Shown here in pieces: positions 62,020-64,000 of a stretch of DNA of 64,000 bases. The translations under genes and the position numbers were made by a program. A model generated the notes under the pieces. The model was not told where the DNA came from. It searched no databases and saw only the letters and a program-made list of their open reading frames with translations. The DNA is from Gloeobacterales cyanobacterium. GTDB lineage: Bacteria > Cyanobacteriota > Cyanobacteriia > Gloeobacterales > PMM-0068. The stretch is from assembly GCA_038245785.1 (NCBI GenBank), contig JBBRSB010000005.1, positions 1-64,000 on the forward strand. Reading direction: 5' to 3'. Position 1 is the first letter of the stretch. Each line of letters starts with the position of its first letter.

Positions 62020-62451
62020 TTAATAGTTTGCGAAGAAAACACTAGGTGAAACGTGAAGATATTCTGCAAGTTTCTGAATGTTCTCAACCGTGAGATTGCG
62101 CTCTCCGTGCAGCACTGCAGACACAATAGATTCGGTCTTAAAGATAGGAACTAAGTCTTTCTGCCGAAGCTCATGCTCTTCGATGAGTACCTTCAGCAAC
62201 TCGACTCCATAAATATCAGGAATGGGATGATGAATCTGCTCATACTCATGAATAAGGGTACCGAGCACATTAATGTACTCACGCTCTGCTTGTCCCATCG
62301 GTCCTTGGTCCAGTATTGAATTAACAGCATTTTGTGTCTGCTTCAACTCTTCCTCCGATTTGATGGGCCGGGGAGGGAATGCTAAAAGCAGTTCTGCGTA
62401 TCTGCTATCGCTTAAACCAACGGTCATTTCTTTTCCATTTTTCCTTGTCAT
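62020..62451 (-). CDS. higA: HigA-type antitoxin (HTH)
   Basis: PRPIKSEEE, LIHEYE, LRQKDL..ESIVS.VL.GER.LT; start may be 62427. Confidence 0.85.
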   Translation of the reverse strand: MTRKNGKEMTVGLSDSRYAELLLAFPPRPIKSEEELKQTQNAVNSILDQGPMGQAEREYINVLGTLIHEYEQIHHPIPDIYGVELLKVLIEEHELRQKDLVPIFKTESIVSAVLHGERNLTVENIQKLAEYLHVSPSVFFANY

Positions 62452-62581
62452 ATTCAGCGTGTGTCAGGACATACCTGATAAAAACTTTTTGGAGCTCAAA
62501 ATCTACATATGCGATGAGCCTGTGTTTGTTGCCACCAATGTTGAAAACTACGAAATTTCCAACGAGGTCAGCATAGATCAT
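62405..62581 (-). pseudogene. N-terminally truncated HigB toxin
   Basis: Translated by hand: ADLVGNFVVFNIGGNKHRLIAYVDF..VFIRYVLTHAEYDKEKWK. Confidence 0.75.
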
Positions 62582-62632
62582 GTGTGAATTGGAGTGTTCA
62601 ATTTGATATTCAGATCGCTTATACCTCTAATT

Positions 62633-62659
62633 GTTGCGTAGTGCGCAACGCGCTATAGT
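62633..62659 (+). promoter_or_regulatory. higBA operator palindrome and -10 box
   Basis: GTTGCG-TAGTG-CGCAAC, then TATAGT at 62654. Confidence 0.5.
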
Positions 62660-62665
62660 TGAAAG

Positions 62666-62944
62666 GTGATTAAGTCGTTCCGCCACAAAGGGCTAGAAAA
62701 GCTTTACGAAACGGGCAGCACCGCTAAAGTACAAGCTAATCATGCCAACCGTCTTCGAATGCAACTGGCAGCGCTTGATACTGCCCAATCTATCGAGGAT
62801 ATGGACGTCCCAGGTTTTCGTCTGCACCCACTCAAAGGCAAAGCGAAAGGGCGTTGGTCTATTTGGGTGAATGGCAATTGGCGCATCACATTTGAATATC
62901 GAGATGGGAATGCCTACGTTTTGGACTATGAGGATTATCACTGA
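62666..62944 (+). CDS. higB: HigB/RelE-family toxin
   Basis: IKSFRHKGL, PGFRLHPLKG, WSIWVNGNWRITF and DYEDYH. Confidence 0.92.
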   Translation: MIKSFRHKGLEKLYETGSTAKVQANHANRLRMQLAALDTAQSIEDMDVPGFRLHPLKGKAKGRWSIWVNGNWRITFEYRDGNAYVLDYEDYH

Positions 62945-63237
62945 TGGCTATGCACAATCCACCGCACCCTGGCGAGTTTATCCGGTCTGTTTATCTCGAG
63001 CCTTTCGAGATGAGCGTACGCACATTGGCCAAAAACCTCGGAGTTGCTCCGTCTACGCTCAATCGAATAGTTACCAGCAAGAGTGGCGTGAGTCCAGAAA
63101 TGGCGTTACGTCTGTCAAAAGCACTAGGGCGGTCTCCTGAAAGCTGGCTTGCCATGCAGGATCATTATGATCTTTGGCAGGCAAAACAGTATGCCAATCT
63201 GGACAAAGTGCATCACATTGAATTTGTAGTCCTATGA
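62944..63237 (+). CDS. higA: HigA antitoxin
   Basis: MHNPPHPGE, SPEMALRLS..SPESWL.MQ. Confidence 0.92.
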   Translation: MAMHNPPHPGEFIRSVYLEPFEMSVRTLAKNLGVAPSTLNRIVTSKSGVSPEMALRLSKALGRSPESWLAMQDHYDLWQAKQYANLDKVHHIEFVVL

Positions 63238-63281
63238 CCGCTGCGACAAGGTTTCTAATCGAGACCCTGCACAGAAATGCT

Positions 63282-63989
63282 CTAATTTAGGTGGCAGCGG
63301 TGGCTATGCACTAACTGAATAGCATGCTCTTTCCCTGTCATGGTCCTGTACTCAGCCTGGACTAACTGTTCGACATCACTGGGCTTGATAGTAGCTCCAT
63401 CTTTGGTATAGCTGGAGCGATAGCGGAGTACGGCGGCTTGGTTCTTTACTTCCACTAGCTCTAAGTTATGGAGCCAAAAACGCACATCGAGAGGCCAAAC
63501 TTTCCCTGATTTGCGATGGGTCCGCTGGACAAATAGCTTAGGACTCTGGTGTAAGCGCTCGACTAAGTGGGGCCAATCTTCACCACCGACAAAAGTTAGG
63601 TCATAGCCTACTTCCTTGAGGACAGCGCCAGCATGGGCAGCGTTAGTCTCTACGACCTCTGCCTCAAAGAGCGGAATTTCCAGGGGAAGTTGGGCCTGCA
63701 GTTGGACCAGAAAATCTTGGGTTGCCATATCTTGATGCAGTTCAAATTCCGCAATTTCTGCCGTACTGGTCATGCCTAAGGGCAGGGCTGTAGCCACGGA
63801 TATTTTAGGCAGCGGGTGAAAACCTTCGCTAAAGTGCATAGGCAGCTGAGCACGACGGCAGGCTCGCTCAAAAAGCCGAATTAAGTCTAAGTGGCCGATA
63901 AATCGCAGTTCATCTAGTTTCCCAAAACGCACCCGCAGGCGATAGCGTTCCTTTGGGGGAGTGGGCTTTTCTGTATAAGCTTTAGGCAT
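63282..63989 (-). CDS. TIGR03936-type radical SAM-associated protein
   Basis: RLRVRFGK..RFIGHLD..FERACRRA..SEGFHPLPK..ALPLG. Confidence 0.85.
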   Translation of the reverse strand: MPKAYTEKPTPPKERYRLRVRFGKLDELRFIGHLDLIRLFERACRRAQLPMHFSEGFHPLPKISVATALPLGMTSTAEIAEFELHQDMATQDFLVQLQAQLPLEIPLFEAEVVETNAAHAGAVLKEVGYDLTFVGGEDWPHLVERLHQSPKLFVQRTHRKSGKVWPLDVRFWLHNLELVEVKNQAAVLRYRSSYTKDGATIKPSDVEQLVQAEYRTMTGKEHAIQLVHSHRCHLN

Positions 63990-64000
63990 CGCTGGAATCG

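Overview
A cyanobacterial chromosomal segment. The ApcE sequence, the atypical ApcB proteins and the scarcity of HIP1 point to a thylakoid-less Gloeobacterales (Anthocerotibacter-like) lineage; this assignment is an inference. Bases 1-48.5 kb are mostly core genes: a DUF4331 protein, an RNase D-like exonuclease, deoC-like/zwf/opcA/pgl, tandem TPR paralogues, an Hsp70-like protein, a DinG helicase, cyAbrB, lexA, mfd, an Hmp/Pil chemotaxis-like cluster with divergent hmpF, a GT39, rpsT, lipB, a NIL-ferredoxin and a DHH-CBS tRNA nucleotidyltransferase. This part also holds an expanded phycobilisome-core locus (apcE, a two-REP linker, apcA, apcB and two apcC-like genes) and a second, divergent apcA/apcB operon. 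Bases ~45-63 kb form an accessory region with many intact or decayed toxin-antitoxin modules and an IS3 element. It also carries two apparent integron gene cassettes (an FRG-domain gene and an MtlR/HEPN-like gene). Each cassette has its own attC and its own upstream attI-like site, and there is no integrase in the window. I recognised no rRNA, tRNA or CRISPR array.
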